From: Macrostomum lignano
Taxonomy: Eukaryota
Reading direction: 5' to 3'
Length of the DNA stretch: 64,000 bases
Assembly (NCBI GenBank): GCA_002269645.1
Contig: NIVC01000095.1
Coordinates: 124,001-188,000 of the forward strand
In this document: one piece after another, positions 11,993 through 23,035 of the stretch
Position numbering within the stretch: the stretch's first letter is position 1
Layout of the letters: the number at the start of each line of letters is the position of its first letter
Translations under genes and position numbers: made by a program
Notes under the pieces: model-generated
The model's input: the letters and a program-made list of their open reading frames with translations, nothing else
What the model was told of the DNA's origin: nothing
Databases searched by the model: none

Positions 11993-12180
11993 CATGGATG
12001 AATGAATAGAATGGATTGCTATTCTGGCTCTGACTATTTTCGTTTTTGACTCTTTTGCATCCGGTTCCCCCCGTGCCTTTTCATTGGTTGATGATTGCCA
12101 TAGACAATTGTCAGTTATTTCAGTCAAAAACGAAAATAGCCAGAGCCAGAATAGCAATCCATTCTATTCATTCATCCATG
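11993..12180. mobile_element. 188-bp MITE with about 59-bp TIRs and 8-bp TSD (P-element-like or hAT-like)
   Basis: Termini CATGGATG...CATCCATG; arms differ by one base. TSD GTTGTAGC at 11985-11992 and 12181-12188. Confidence 0.85.
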
Positions 12181-12337
12181 GTTGTAGCACACTCTGTTAT
12201 CTATACTCAACAAAATTTAAAAAGTCGCCACCTTTGAGAGAGCGCAGTAAATTCCAGCTCAGTGTTGACTTTTGAGTGACGCAACTTGCGCCACGCGACG
12301 CAGAGTTGGGCTTGAAGAGTTCGCTTTAGCACACTAG

Positions 12338-12350
12338 AGAGAGAGGGGGG

Positions 12351-12382
<32 letters not shown>
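12338..12382. repeat. (GA)n microsatellite
   Basis: Direct reading. Confidence 0.9.
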
Positions 12383-12386
<4 letters not shown>

Positions 12387-12460
12387 ATGTCTATTGTCTA
12401 AACACTCGAACTCCCACTTCCAGACCCTAAGCCTGGGAACAAAATGTAGTGATCACTTAC

Positions 12461-12589
12461 TGTTGCGGGCTCCTCTTCTTTGTTGGGCAGGTTCTCCGAG
12501 CTCGTTTCTTCGAATCCTCTTCTTTGTCGCGCGCGTCTGTAGAGCTTGTCTTCGCAGATCTGTTCCTCCCGGGTTGGTCTTCTTGAAGT
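12461..12589 (-). CDS. Candidate 129-nt internal coding exon (phase 0-0)
   Basis: Acceptor ctttcggccgattcTAG| and consensus donor ACA|GTAAGT; reads TSRRPTREEQICEDKLYRRARQRRGFEETSSENLPNKEEEPAT. Confidence 0.5.
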
Positions 12590-12637
12590 CTAGAATCGGC
12601 CGAAAGTGAGAGCGTAACAATTAAATCGACGTCGCAG

Positions 12638-12857
12638 TATTTCCTCGAGTGCAGAAATCAATATATTCCTAGAGTGCAGAAATCAATATATTCCTCGAGT
12701 GCAGAAATCAATATATCAATATATTCCTCGAGTGCCGAAATCAATATATTCCTCGAGTGCAGAAATCAATATATTCTCCGAGTGCAGAAATCAATATATC
12801 AATATATTCCTCGAGTGCAGAAATCACTATATTCCTCGAGTGCAGAAATCAATATCA
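12638..12857. repeat. 25-bp minisatellite (TATTCCTCGAGTGCAGAAATCAATA), about 8 copies, some with an 8-nt insertion
   Basis: 25-nt period. Confidence 0.9.
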
Positions 12858-14828
12858 ACGATGCGCCCTGATAACAAAATCAACTTCTACATTTGTATAA
12901 CACGAGGTCCTCCAAAAAGGGCGTCTTCCTCTAGAACTAACGGAATGCTCCTATCGGTTAATCTAGGATAATCCAAAATCAATCACTCAATAATCCTCTA
13001 AGGGTATCGGAATCGGTCCGCAGATCCTATCCAATCCCTTAGGAAAATGCGAGGCCTCAAATTCAATGAACTCAGTTAAATCAAGTCTGGGATTTGAGTC
13101 TGATGAGTCTGAGATTTTTAGCTCGGATTTTGGCTTGTATTTATAGTAAACTTTTGGGGTATACAGGTTATTTTGGGAAGGTGACTCATTTGCGTCTTGG
13201 AATTTTGACCTCTCGAAAATTTAATAGAATACATTAGGTTTTGCGCATCAATACCATATTTGGAATTCTATTTTTAGATGTTACATAAGATGACCACTTG
13301 TTGTTTTCGTGTTCTTCTAAAAATGGAGTGTGACCACTTGGTGTTTTTAGATTTTTAAGTTTTCGCATTTTTATGTTGCTACCTGGTACTTATAGTAGTT
13401 TACTTTGTATCGTATTAGGAGATTCTACATTATTTAGTTTTGCATTTTCACGTTACTACTTATAGTACTTACTTTGTACCATATTTGGAGATCTCTACAG
13501 GCTGGGTGAGCAGAGCGAAGGTCAAAGATTGAATGGATTGAGGCTTCCGCCCGGTTTTAATTGTTTTTATCAAGCATTTTAAATATCACAATTGTTGCCC
13601 AGGTGATAAACGCTGGTCGAAAGGCACTGCTTACTGGGGCAAAGGATGGCGACTTTTCAATGTTGCTGAGTATACTTCGACAAACAATCCTTTTTGTAAC
13701 TGTATGAGCCATCATAGACCAAAAAAGTAAGCAACACAGCCGCACAATGAAAGATGAGATTATATTACTTTTTCCTATTTTCGATTTTCATTTTTTAGAC
13801 AACCCTCGTACGAGTATCATACAAGTGCAGAGTTTACCAGATCAGACCAGATTAAAGTAAATTAAGACAATCTAATTTCATTCTAATTACACTTATCCAA
13901 GTTTTAACTGAGCTGTGGGCCTACCCTCTTTAGGTTGTTAATTTTAACAAATTACAAAGATAAATGAGTATTTATTCATAGTGAATTTTTTAAATGTAAT
14001 TATAGCTATTGACAAAGACCAGATGTAATGACAAATGTCTAAATTGTTCGTGCATTTAATAATTAATTGTATATTGAGTGTAATTTATAATATTGTGTGT
14101 ACCGGAAAAACAGAGCGAACCAGTTAAACAAAAGACTATCTATTGTAACTATTATAATCAACTACAAAACAACAAAGCTAACATAAAACTATAATAAAGA
14201 AAACAACATTAGCAACATTAATAATATTTGATTATAACAAATTTTATACACAAAATCTAGCTAATGTATAAAATGCTGTAATGTACTTTTAAAAAATATT
14301 AACCAAGAGGTACAATAGCATATAGAATAGGTTTTATACAAAACAATCGTACAAGCGTACGTTGATAGCTGACAAAAAATCAATTATTATAAACAATTTC
14401 AATGCCTCTTTACTTTACAAATGGAATAGTTAAAGTCGAATAACATAACGCTCGCAATGATAAAGGTAACAAGATTTTTTTACCGAATACAAGTTGGAAT
14501 AGAAATATTAATAGTTTAAAACTTGTGAGAAAAAAGTTCTGTGACTGCTCAAATTAATAAATGACAAAGAAAGGGAATACGAGTAATGTAAGAAGCAATT
14601 ATAACAAAATAAAATAGCTCATAAATGTTATCAATCTTTTTTATTGTGATACACCATTTTAGGTTTACTAAAGTACTTTTTTTCACTAGAGATTGACTAA
14701 AACATGTTAAATCAGTTATCAAAAGCAAAATATTAATTTTGACTTTCAACGCCTCAAAACAAAAAATATGATTTGACCATAGCCAGTAAAAGTCAATCAA
14801 GTGGATAATTAAACTAAAAGCTGTGATA

Positions 14829-15040
14829 GTGGCTTTGATTAGCTTTATTGTCTATGGCCGAGAGCAGTTCTGTGGCAGTGGCTTTGATTGGCTTTATTGT
14901 CTATGGCCGAGTGCAGTTCTGTGGCAGTGGCTTTGATTAGCTTTATTGTCTATGGCCGAGAGCAGTTCTGTGGCAGTGGCTTTGATTGGCTTTATTGTCT
15001 ATGGTAGAGAGCAGTTCTGTGGCAGTGGCTTTGATTGGCT
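14829..15040. repeat. 49-bp tandem repeat, about 4 copies
   Basis: Unit GTGGCTTTGATTAGCTTTATTGTCTATGGCCGAGAGCAGTTCTGTGGCA. Confidence 0.9.
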
Positions 15041-15324
15041 AATCAGTTCTTAACAAAGAATACCGAGCTAATACCGAAGGTCAATATTGATATTAAAGCT
15101 GAAGCTAAAATCCCAAATTCTCGGGCTCCTACTTTTCCACCATAGAGAAAAGTCTGCAACTTGAAATGTCTCTGCTTCTCCTTCACCAGTTTCTCTGAAA
15201 GCGATATGGATGCTAAAGGGAAGCAAAACGTATAATGGGAATTCCTTAGACTAGTCGTTAACTCTCGCTGACAGCTGCCCAAATTCATCCACACATTATA
15301 GAATGAAAATGTTTGCATAGTCGC

Positions 15325-16050
15325 TCAGGATGACACAGCATTGTGACCAATGTGCAGCTGAGGCTGTTGCTGCTGTTGCTGTTGCTGCTGCTGCTGCTGC
15401 TGCTGTTGCTGCTGCTGATGTTGCATAGCTCCAATAGGAGCCAGGCTCACCTGTATCGGCTGGCCAACGCTATGAGCAGCGGCAAATCCGTGAGGCGGAG
15501 CCGCCTGATGATGATGCTGCGGATGATGCTGCGGACGCTGCTGCTGCTGCTGATGATGCTGAATCAACTGATGCAGCTGGGGTCCCTGGATTAGATGAAC
15601 AATGTGAGCCGGACGAATTGGATGCTGTTGCTGATGCTGCTGCGGATGATGCTGAGGATGCTGCTGGTGTTGCTGTTGCTGCTGCTGCTGCTGAAAGAAA
15701 CGATCAAGCGACGCCCGCTGATCCAGAGCGATAAACTGCGGCTGACGCAACTGCTGGTGCGGCTGCTGCTGATTTTGCGGATGCTGCTGGTGTTGCTGCG
15801 GCTGCTGATGATGCTGGTGATGTTGTTGCTGCTGGTGCTGTTGCTGCTGCTGCTGTTGCTGTATCAATGCGTGCATCTCACCTGGCGGCTTCTGTTGGAT
15901 AGTGATTGGCACACCAATATTGACAGCCCCGTGCTGGGTGACCACCACGCGGGAGAGGCCGACCCCAGCTGTACCAGTTGGCTGGGGCGGTAGCGGCTGC
16001 AGCGGCTGCTGCACTTGCTGAACCTGCTGCTGCAGCTTCACTGGGTCCAC
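15325..16050 (-). CDS. Poly-Q/His-rich coding region without its own upstream ATG (exon of a larger gene or downstream cistron)
   Basis: 816-nt open frame (track start is GTG). Phase-0 acceptor candidate cccccctctattcatcAAG|GTG at 16051. Internal consensus donors CCAG|GTGAGA (15881) and CAG|GTGAGC (15450). Confidence 0.6.
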   Translation of the reverse strand: MDPVKLQQQVQQVQQPLQPLPPQPTGTAGVGLSRVVVTQHGAVNIGVPITIQQKPPGEMHALIQQQQQQQQHQQQQHHQHHQQPQQHQQHPQNQQQPHQQLRQPQFIALDQRASLDRFFQQQQQQQQHQQHPQHHPQQHQQQHPIRPAHIVHLIQGPQLHQLIQHHQQQQQRPQHHPQHHHQAAPPHGFAAAHSVGQPIQVSLAPIGAMQHQQQQQQQQQQQQQQQQQQPQLHIGHNAVSS

Positions 16051-16193
16051 CTTGATGAATAGAGGGGGGGGGGCAGACGGTCTATCAGTTATGCCAATTC
16101 GCGTGACCCCCGAGTATAATTCGCCAAATTTTCCGGACACTAGCTATACTTTCTACTAATCAAGTAGTAGATGTGGAAGTTCTGCATCTATTC

Positions 16194-17008
16194 TTAGACA
16201 GCGGAAACTGTCGATTCAGTAGTATTTGAACATCTGCTTCCTTGAGTCCTGTAACACTTTTCCTGAAGGCATGTAGAAATATGGGGTTAAGAATCAACAA
16301 CAAGCATTTAACTCGATGTACACAAGTAAACCCAAGACAAATGAATATCAGCCTAGGGCAGGCCCAATCTACTCAGCCAATGAGAGAGGAGAGAGGTTAA
16401 AGCCAGACGGACGAAACAGTCCAGGGGGCAGGTCTAATCTTGCTCAGCCAATGAGAGAGCAGTAAGGACAGAGGTTAAAGTCAGACGGACGAAATTCAGT
16501 CCAGGGGGCAGGTCTAATCTTGCTCAGCCAATGAGAGAGCAGTAAGGACAGAGGTTAAAGTCAGACGGACGAAATTCAGTCCAGGGGGCAGGTCTAATCT
16601 TGCTCAGCCAATGAGAGAGCAGTAAGGACAGAGGTTAAAGTCAGACGGACGAAATTCAGTCCAGGGGGCAAGTCTAATCTTGCTCAGCCAATGAGAGAGC
16701 AGTAAGGAAAGAGGGTCAAAGTCAGACGGACAAAACTCAGCCCAGGGGCAGGCCCAATCCAGCTCACCCAATGAGAGAGCAGTTAGGAGAGAGGTCAAAG
16801 CCAGACCTCTTTCGGTGCCGCTTTTCTCTCTTGCTCTGGATTTGGGTATAGTTTCAAACTGGGTGAAGATGCTTGCACAACACTTTTAGGACAAAAACGC
16901 TTATTATGCTACTGAAAAAAGAGAAGATAAGCGCATTTTTGCGGGACCAACTGACCATTTTGCCTCGACTGCGCATATAATCGCCAAGAATTTTTTCCAT
17001 CTGCGACG

Positions 17009-17039
<31 letters not shown>

Positions 17040-17522
17040 AAGCAACTTCGCCGAGTGCAGGCCGCCCCGTGGACGCAGCTGAGGCGCCGCGGCCACCGCA
17101 GTCCCGGCGCCAACAGTCGACGATCCAACAGCGGTAGAACCCGCGCCGACTAGACTGTCGCCTTCAGGAGCGTCGCTAAATTCAAACGGATTGGCTGTGG
17201 CAGCGACGGCGGCTGTGGAAGTTGACGAAGTGCTCGCAGCACTTGCACTTGTCGTTGCAGTTGACACATTGGCCGTCGATTCCGTAGCAGATGAAGCGGC
17301 ATTGTCGCCGGCAGTCGGAAGCTGAGGCCGTTTCCATTCTAGTTTGAGTTCGCCGCCGCTTTTGCTGATCTCTTCAAATAGTTGCATCATCATGCCGTCT
17401 GGCGGACCGCCAGATTCTTTGTAGAGTCGATTAGGCGATTCTTCATCGCTGTCGCTAAATGAGAACTCGTCTGGCTCGGAGACTGAGGCGGCTGATGAGG
17501 CTGCGGCGGCGGCGGCCGACAT
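16194..17522 (-). CDS. PAGR1: PAXIP1-associated glutamate-rich protein 1 (PA1)-like; exons 17522-16956 and 16262-16194
   Basis: Motifs PPDGMMMQLFEEISKSGGELKLEWKRP, PFEFSD and QMEKILGDYMRSRGKM|EKCYRTQG match recalled PAGR1 blocks ([41 protein letters not shown]). Donor ATG|GTCAGT and acceptor ccttCAG| are in phase. Confidence 0.65.
16280..16875. mobile_element. Dispersed element carrying an internal 80-bp tandem array (about 6 copies)
   Basis: 80-nt period (CCAGGGGGCA at 16421, 16501, 16581). Unique left and right flanks are also shared with 58408-58830. Confidence 0.7.
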
Positions 17523-17698
17523 GCGTAAAATTGTGGCTAGGGTCGTTGCGTGTCGTAAAAATTTATAATTCGCAGTTCACTCCGCTTTGAAGATTGCAAC
17601 AGATCATGAAATTAGAAGATTAAAAAACGAGGTTTTGTGGTGACTGAACTAATTAACTCCGGACTTTATGGAAGATATTTTAAGACAATTTGGGATTT

Positions 17699-18780
17699 TA
17701 TCTAAGGTAGATTTAGGGGAGATTATCTAAGGTAGATTTGGGAGTCTAGCTTAGGTAGATTTGGGAGTTTATCTAAGGTAGATTTGGGGGATTATTTGAG
17801 GTAAATTAGGGAAATTATTTAGGGTAGATTGTGAGTTTATCTGAGATAGATTTGGGAGTTTATCTAAGGTAGATTTGGAAACTTATCTAAGGTAGATTTG
17901 GGAGATTATCTGAGGTAGATTTGGGAGATTATCTGAGGTAGATTTAGGAGATTATCAAAGGTAGATTCGGGAGATTCTCTGAGGTAGATTTGAGAGATTA
18001 TTTATAGTATATTTGGGAGATTATCTGAGGTAGATTCGGGAGATTATTTAGGGTATATTTGGGAGATTAGATTATCTGAGGTAGATTTGGGATTTTACCT
18101 AAGGTAGATTTGGGAGATTATCTGGAGTAGATTTGGGAGATTATCAAAGGTAGATTCGGGAGATTCTCTGAGGTAGATTTGGGAGATTTATTTATGTTAT
18201 ATTTGGGAGATTATCAAAGGTAGATTCGGGAGGGGGGCCGTAGCCCAGCGGTAGCGCAGCTGCTCTGGTGTGCCAGCGACCCAGGCTCGATTCCAAGTGC
18301 AGTCACATTAATTTGGGGCTGAATTGGAATCTTGGTTTGGCGCTGCTCGTGCAATTAACGGCCTTGAGAGCCAACCCCCTAAGGCGCAGTGAAGTGTACA
18401 TGCCTAACAATTGATAAAGTTAGGGCCGCTGTACACTCCTGTGTGAGTGTGTGCCTGCGTACGTATCCGCGCGCTTGTATGCCTGCTCAGGGGAGTCGGC
18501 GGAATGGGCAGTAATGCCTCTCGCCGGTTGTGTGCCTATGTCGCTTAAAGTGCGCCAGGGTGCACACAACCCCCCTGCCTCTAATAAAAAAAGGTAGATT
18601 CGGGAGATTCTCTGAGGTAGATTTGGGAAATTATTTAGGGTATACTTGGGAGATTATCTGGGGTAGATTTGGGAGATTATCTGGGGTACTCGTAGATTTA
18701 GTAGATTATTTGGGCTAGATTTGGGAGTTTATTTGGAGTAGAATTGAGAGACTATCTGAAGTAGAATTGAGGTATTATCT
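17699..18780. repeat. Degenerate ~22-bp minisatellite (AGGTAGATTTGGGAGATTATCT) interrupted by a SINE
   Basis: Recurring unit on both sides of 18233-18589. Confidence 0.9.
18233..18589 (+). mobile_element. Young tRNA-derived SINE with 17-bp TSD
   Basis: A box TAGCCCAGCGG, B box GGCTCGATTCC, AATAAAAA tail. TSD AAAGGTAGATTCGGGAG at 18216-18232 and 18590-18606. Confidence 0.9.
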
Positions 18781-18891
18781 AGTTTAAAATATTTGTGGGA
18801 TATTTCATGACTTGACAGTATACAAAAGAAAAAAGTCATAAAAAACCGACATAGGATTGCACAATAAGCACAGACAAGTGTAATAATATAC

Positions 18892-18933
<42 letters not shown>

Positions 18934-19707
18934 ACTGTGTCGAGCGAATAATTTCAAAAAAATTAATTATCAATTAATTATGTAATAAATATCTAGAATA
19001 AAAAAATCGTTGATCTTTGACAAAAAGATCTTTCAACAATCAATTGAATTTTGTTGGAAAATAGATCGACCTTAATCAGAGAGACACAATTCTTGTTAAA
19101 AAATTATTGCAAAAATGTATTGCACAAAAATAGCAACAATTCGCTACATACTACTTTATCAAGCCCTAATCAGTAGTTGATTCAAAAGTTGACTTAGAAG
19201 GGACAATTAGGACAGGTGACAAAAATTAGCTAATAAATGAAGCGAAATAAAAAAGCAAAAAGCCTGGAGTGCCTACTAATCAATTAAGGGTAAATTTACT
19301 TCAGTTTTACTGTAAACTAACAAAAACAGCTATAGAGAAAGTAACTATATTTTTAATTAACATAATAAATGACAATTTTGCGAAGCATAGTATTGCAGCA
19401 GTAGGTCGGTTATAATATAAGCAAAGCAAGCAACAGTTGCTTATACTACTGTAAGTAGTTGCTATCAATATACACAAAAGCACACAACTTAAATAAAAAC
19501 TCGATTGCAATAATTCATAATTAATTGTTTGTTAAGCAAGCGACAAATTGATAACTAATATTTTCGTCGGTAAAAATTGGACACAGAAACTTCAATAACT
19601 AAACGCTGAACATGTTTGATTAGTTGATGTAAAACTAAGTAGTACACCTAATGCTCACAGTACATCAGTGACCTACACAATCTAGATTGATACCCAACAT
19701 AATATGA

Positions 19708-20250
19708 TAGATCAATGACCTACCGCATCTGGTAGATCAGTGACCTACAGCATCTGGTAGATCAGTGACCTACTGAATCTGGTAGATCAGTGACCTACTG
19801 AATCTGGTAGATCAGTGACCTACTGAATCTGGTAGATCAGTGACCTACTGAATCTGGTAGATAAGTGACCTACTAAATCTGGTAGATCAGTGACCTACTG
19901 AATCTGGTATATCAGTGATCTACTGGATTTGGTAGATCAGTGACCTACTGAATCTGGTAGATAAGAGATCTATATTATCTGGTAGATTAGTGACCTACTG
20001 AATCCGGTAGATTAGTGACCTACTGAATCCGGTAGATTAGTGACCTACTGAATCTGGTAGATCAGTGACCTACTAAATCTGGTAGATTAGTGACCTACTG
20101 AATCTGGTAGATCAGTGGCCTACTGAATCTGGTAGATCAGTGGCCTACTGAATCTGGTAGATCAGTGGCCTACTGAATCTGGTAGATCAGTGACCTACTG
20201 AATCTGGTAGATCAGTGACCTACTGAATCTGGTAGATCAGTGGCCTAAGG
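19708..20250. repeat. 25-bp minisatellite (GGTAGATCAGTGACCTACTGAATCT), about 21 copies
   Basis: 25-nt period. Confidence 0.95.
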
Positions 20251-20593
20251 AATTTGGTAAACAGTAACTAAATAGATTTCAAGAGCATGGTAGATCGATG
20301 ACTAACTGAATCTGATATTCAGAGAGCAAAAATCAATAATTAAAACAAAGATCAAGCATATATTAATAAAGTTACAATGCTTTAACGTTTCAACAATTCA
20401 TAATAATAGTACAATGGACAGAACAGGAGACACGTGTGAAATCTTTGCTAATGAAAAATATAACAGTTTAATAAACTAATCCAAACTACACTAGAAAAAT
20501 AGCAAGTACAAAAGCCGAAAAAACAGACCCGAAAATCAATAATGAATCAAGTTATTAACCCAGCTAAAAGAGATTTCAAAGCATAAAATTAGT

Positions 20594-20806
20594 TTAAAGA
20601 AGAACGCAGGAGCGCTTGGGATTGAACGGATTTTCCTTGGCTGGATGCAGCAGATGGTCCTCATTGGCGTGGTCCTTGATGTACTGCAGTATCTGGGGTA
20701 TGGTTTCAGACGATTTCATTCGATTCATTTGATATTCGCGAGTCACAGAGGCCAAATCGCGTTCAAGTTTGGCAACGTGTTCTTTCCTGTGCTCGGGGAC
20801 TGGCAT
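20594..20806 (-). CDS. GNG: Heterotrimeric G-protein gamma subunit (70 aa, GGL domain)
   Basis: MPVPEHRKEHVAKLERDLASVTREYQMNRMKSSETIPQILQYIKDHANEDHLLHPAKENPFNPKRSCVLL has the D-x-LL...NPF motif and C-terminal CAAX (CVLL). Acceptor tatcttgCAG| lies 17 nt upstream of the ATG. Confidence 0.9.
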   Translation of the reverse strand: MPVPEHRKEHVAKLERDLASVTREYQMNRMKSSETIPQILQYIKDHANEDHLLHPAKENPFNPKRSCVLL

Positions 20807-21037
20807 GTTGCCTGATTTTGGGTCTGCAAGATAGCACACATTTTGCTTCATGTTGGTGAATAATTATGTGAAATATTCAACTTTCCTTTCAAGATAGGAG
20901 CAAAGATGCCAGCTGGCATCAGTCAAAAAATATGAACATCTCTACACTACCTTACCACTTACATTGTTAAGCCTTTCTGACCTAAAGAAGTTGCACAATG
21001 CAAATGTCTTGATATCCAAAAAAATATAGAACTATGT

Positions 21038-21395
21038 GGGGTTGTAGCCTAGTATGGTATATTGATTCAGCATCCTGTGTGCAAGCAGCCCAGGCTTGAT
21101 TCCAAATAAAGTCATATTAATTTGGGGCTAAATTGGAATCTTGGCTTGGGTCTACTTGCACCCTTGAAGACCAACCCCTTAAAGGCACAGTGAAATTTAC
21201 ACACCTAACAATAAATAAAGTTAGGGTTGCTAACACTCCAATGTGAGTATGTGCCTATGTATATTGACTGCATATATCTGATATGGTTGTGTACCTGCTC
21301 AGGTGAGTTAAAAGAATAAGCAGTAATTTTTCTTGCTAGTGGTGTTGACAACATTGCTTAGAATGCTACAATATACAGCCTCTGCCTCTAATAAA
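21038..21395 (+). mobile_element. Old, CpG-depleted copy of the 18233-18589 SINE family
   Basis: Collinear over about 357 bp (e.g. ATTAATTTGGGGCT.AATTGGAATCTTGG, CCTAACAAT..ATAAAGTTAGGG, TGCCTCTAATAAA). Confidence 0.85.
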
Positions 21396-21819
21396 GTCTG
21401 GAATGTTTTGGCAAATAACAATTATAATAATAAGTACAAAAAACTTCATTCATGGGATAAAAAAGTATTGCTATAATTATGATACAGCCTATTAGACATT
21501 GGCCCTATTGGAATAAAAAACAATGTACGGATAGTACCCTATAAACATAAAGCTAAAGGTGGCAAAGAAAGAAACCCACTCAAAAAATGAGTAAAAAGAC
21601 AAAATTAATTTAATTTAAATAATAACTTGACAATTAAGACAAATGTGTTTTGAAGATCTTGTGATATTGTATCAAGTTTGCTTGTATTGTATATTGTATT
21701 GTAATGTTGATCTAGATTCTTTGGATTTTCTAGAATAGAAATAGTATATTACTAGCAATGTATACCCCCATTAGAGAGCAAAGAAAAAATGTAATGATGT
21801 AATGTAGCAAGAAATAAAC

Positions 21820-21945
21820 CCCCTAGACAGAAAGAATCTACCAGACAGCAAGCATCCCCTAGACAGCAAGCATCCCCAGACAGCAAGCATCCCCAGACAG
21901 TAAGCATCCCCCATATAGCAAGCATCACCTAGTCTTAGCAAGCAC
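21820..21945. repeat. Short diverged array related to the 17-bp GATAGCAAGCATCCC family
   Basis: Unit GACAGCAAGCATCCCC(T)A repeated about 6 times. Confidence 0.75.
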
Positions 21946-22559
21946 CTGAGACCAGGGACCTTATGCCTGGCCTAAACAGTCATAGTGCCTACAGTGCGGC
22001 TACTCCACCTATTGATTGGAGGGTTAGAATATTAGCCATATATGCTTCAGCACTGCAGTCAAATACATAGCAGCAATAGGCTGCTCAGTGTGCAGGCAGA
22101 GCCAATGCATAGTTGAGTGAAATCTATAAATAGCAATTGTGTATGCAGTCCGCCAATTAGCCAAGATCAGAATATACACACACAGCCACTCAGCATTTTT
22201 TTCCCTTGCATATACTTTCAAATATTTAATTTTTATAGCTTGTAGCATCAGCTCAAGAAATTGAAGTTTAGTCTATGGCCCTAGACATATTGAGCTCTCA
22301 CTGCAAAAAAACACCAATTAGAAAGGGGGGCTAGATAGGGAAAATATAGTTTTTTGATATTTAATCTATTTAGCAATAAGCTAGAGCTTAATAAAAATAT
22401 ATGTACCAAGCCAGGCACATTTGACATCTCTTGGCAAAGAAACGGAGAAAATTGGTTGACCTATTTGGGAGAAAATTGATTGCATACAAGCTAGAAACTT
22501 TTTGTTTTTAGTATACTTACGAGGCCAACTCCTCCTCTGGAGGAGAAAGGGGAAGAATT

Positions 22560-23010
22560 CCCATCACCGGAACTCCATTCCCTGAAATGCCATTCCCTGA
22601 ATCCCATCATCTAACTCCTCTCCGCGAAACTGAACATCATCGAAATCTTCTCCGTAAAAGAGAACTCCATCAAACACCTCTCCGTGAAACTGACATTCAT
22701 CAAAATCCCCTCCGAGAAACAGAAATCCTCTCCGTGAAACTGGACTCCATGAAAATCCTCTCCGTGAAACTGACATTCATCAAAATCCCCTCTGAGAAAC
22801 AGAAATCCTCTCCGTGAAACTGGACTCCATGGAAATCCTCTCCGTGAAACAGACATTCATCAAAATCCCCTCCGAGAAACAGAAATCCTCTCCGTGAAAC
22901 TGGACTCCATGGAAATCCTCTCCGTGAAACTGACATCCATCAAAATCGTCTCCACGAAACAGAAATTCTCTCCATTAAACTGGACTGAATCGAAATTTTC
23001 TCCGTAAAAA
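22560..23010. repeat. 80-bp higher-order repeat built from 30+30+20-bp subunits
   Basis: CAAAATCCCC at 22701, 22781, 22861; subunits share AAATCC(T/C)CTCCG(T/A)GAAAC. Confidence 0.9.
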
Positions 23011-23035
23011 AGAATCAACTCTCAGGATTTAGTGG

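Noticed and set aside
12860-12900. Peptide PDNKIN seen here (+) and at about 60410-60440 (-)
   Set aside because: A six-residue match with no extended similarity and no supportable ORF; treated as chance.
13500-13750. Additional exons on either strand
   Set aside because: Splice-like signals exist, but phases do not fit the neighbouring exons and no protein similarity was recognised.
15343-15993. Plus-strand poly-Leu ORFs
   Set aside because: Antisense shadow of the CAG/CAA-rich poly-Q frame.
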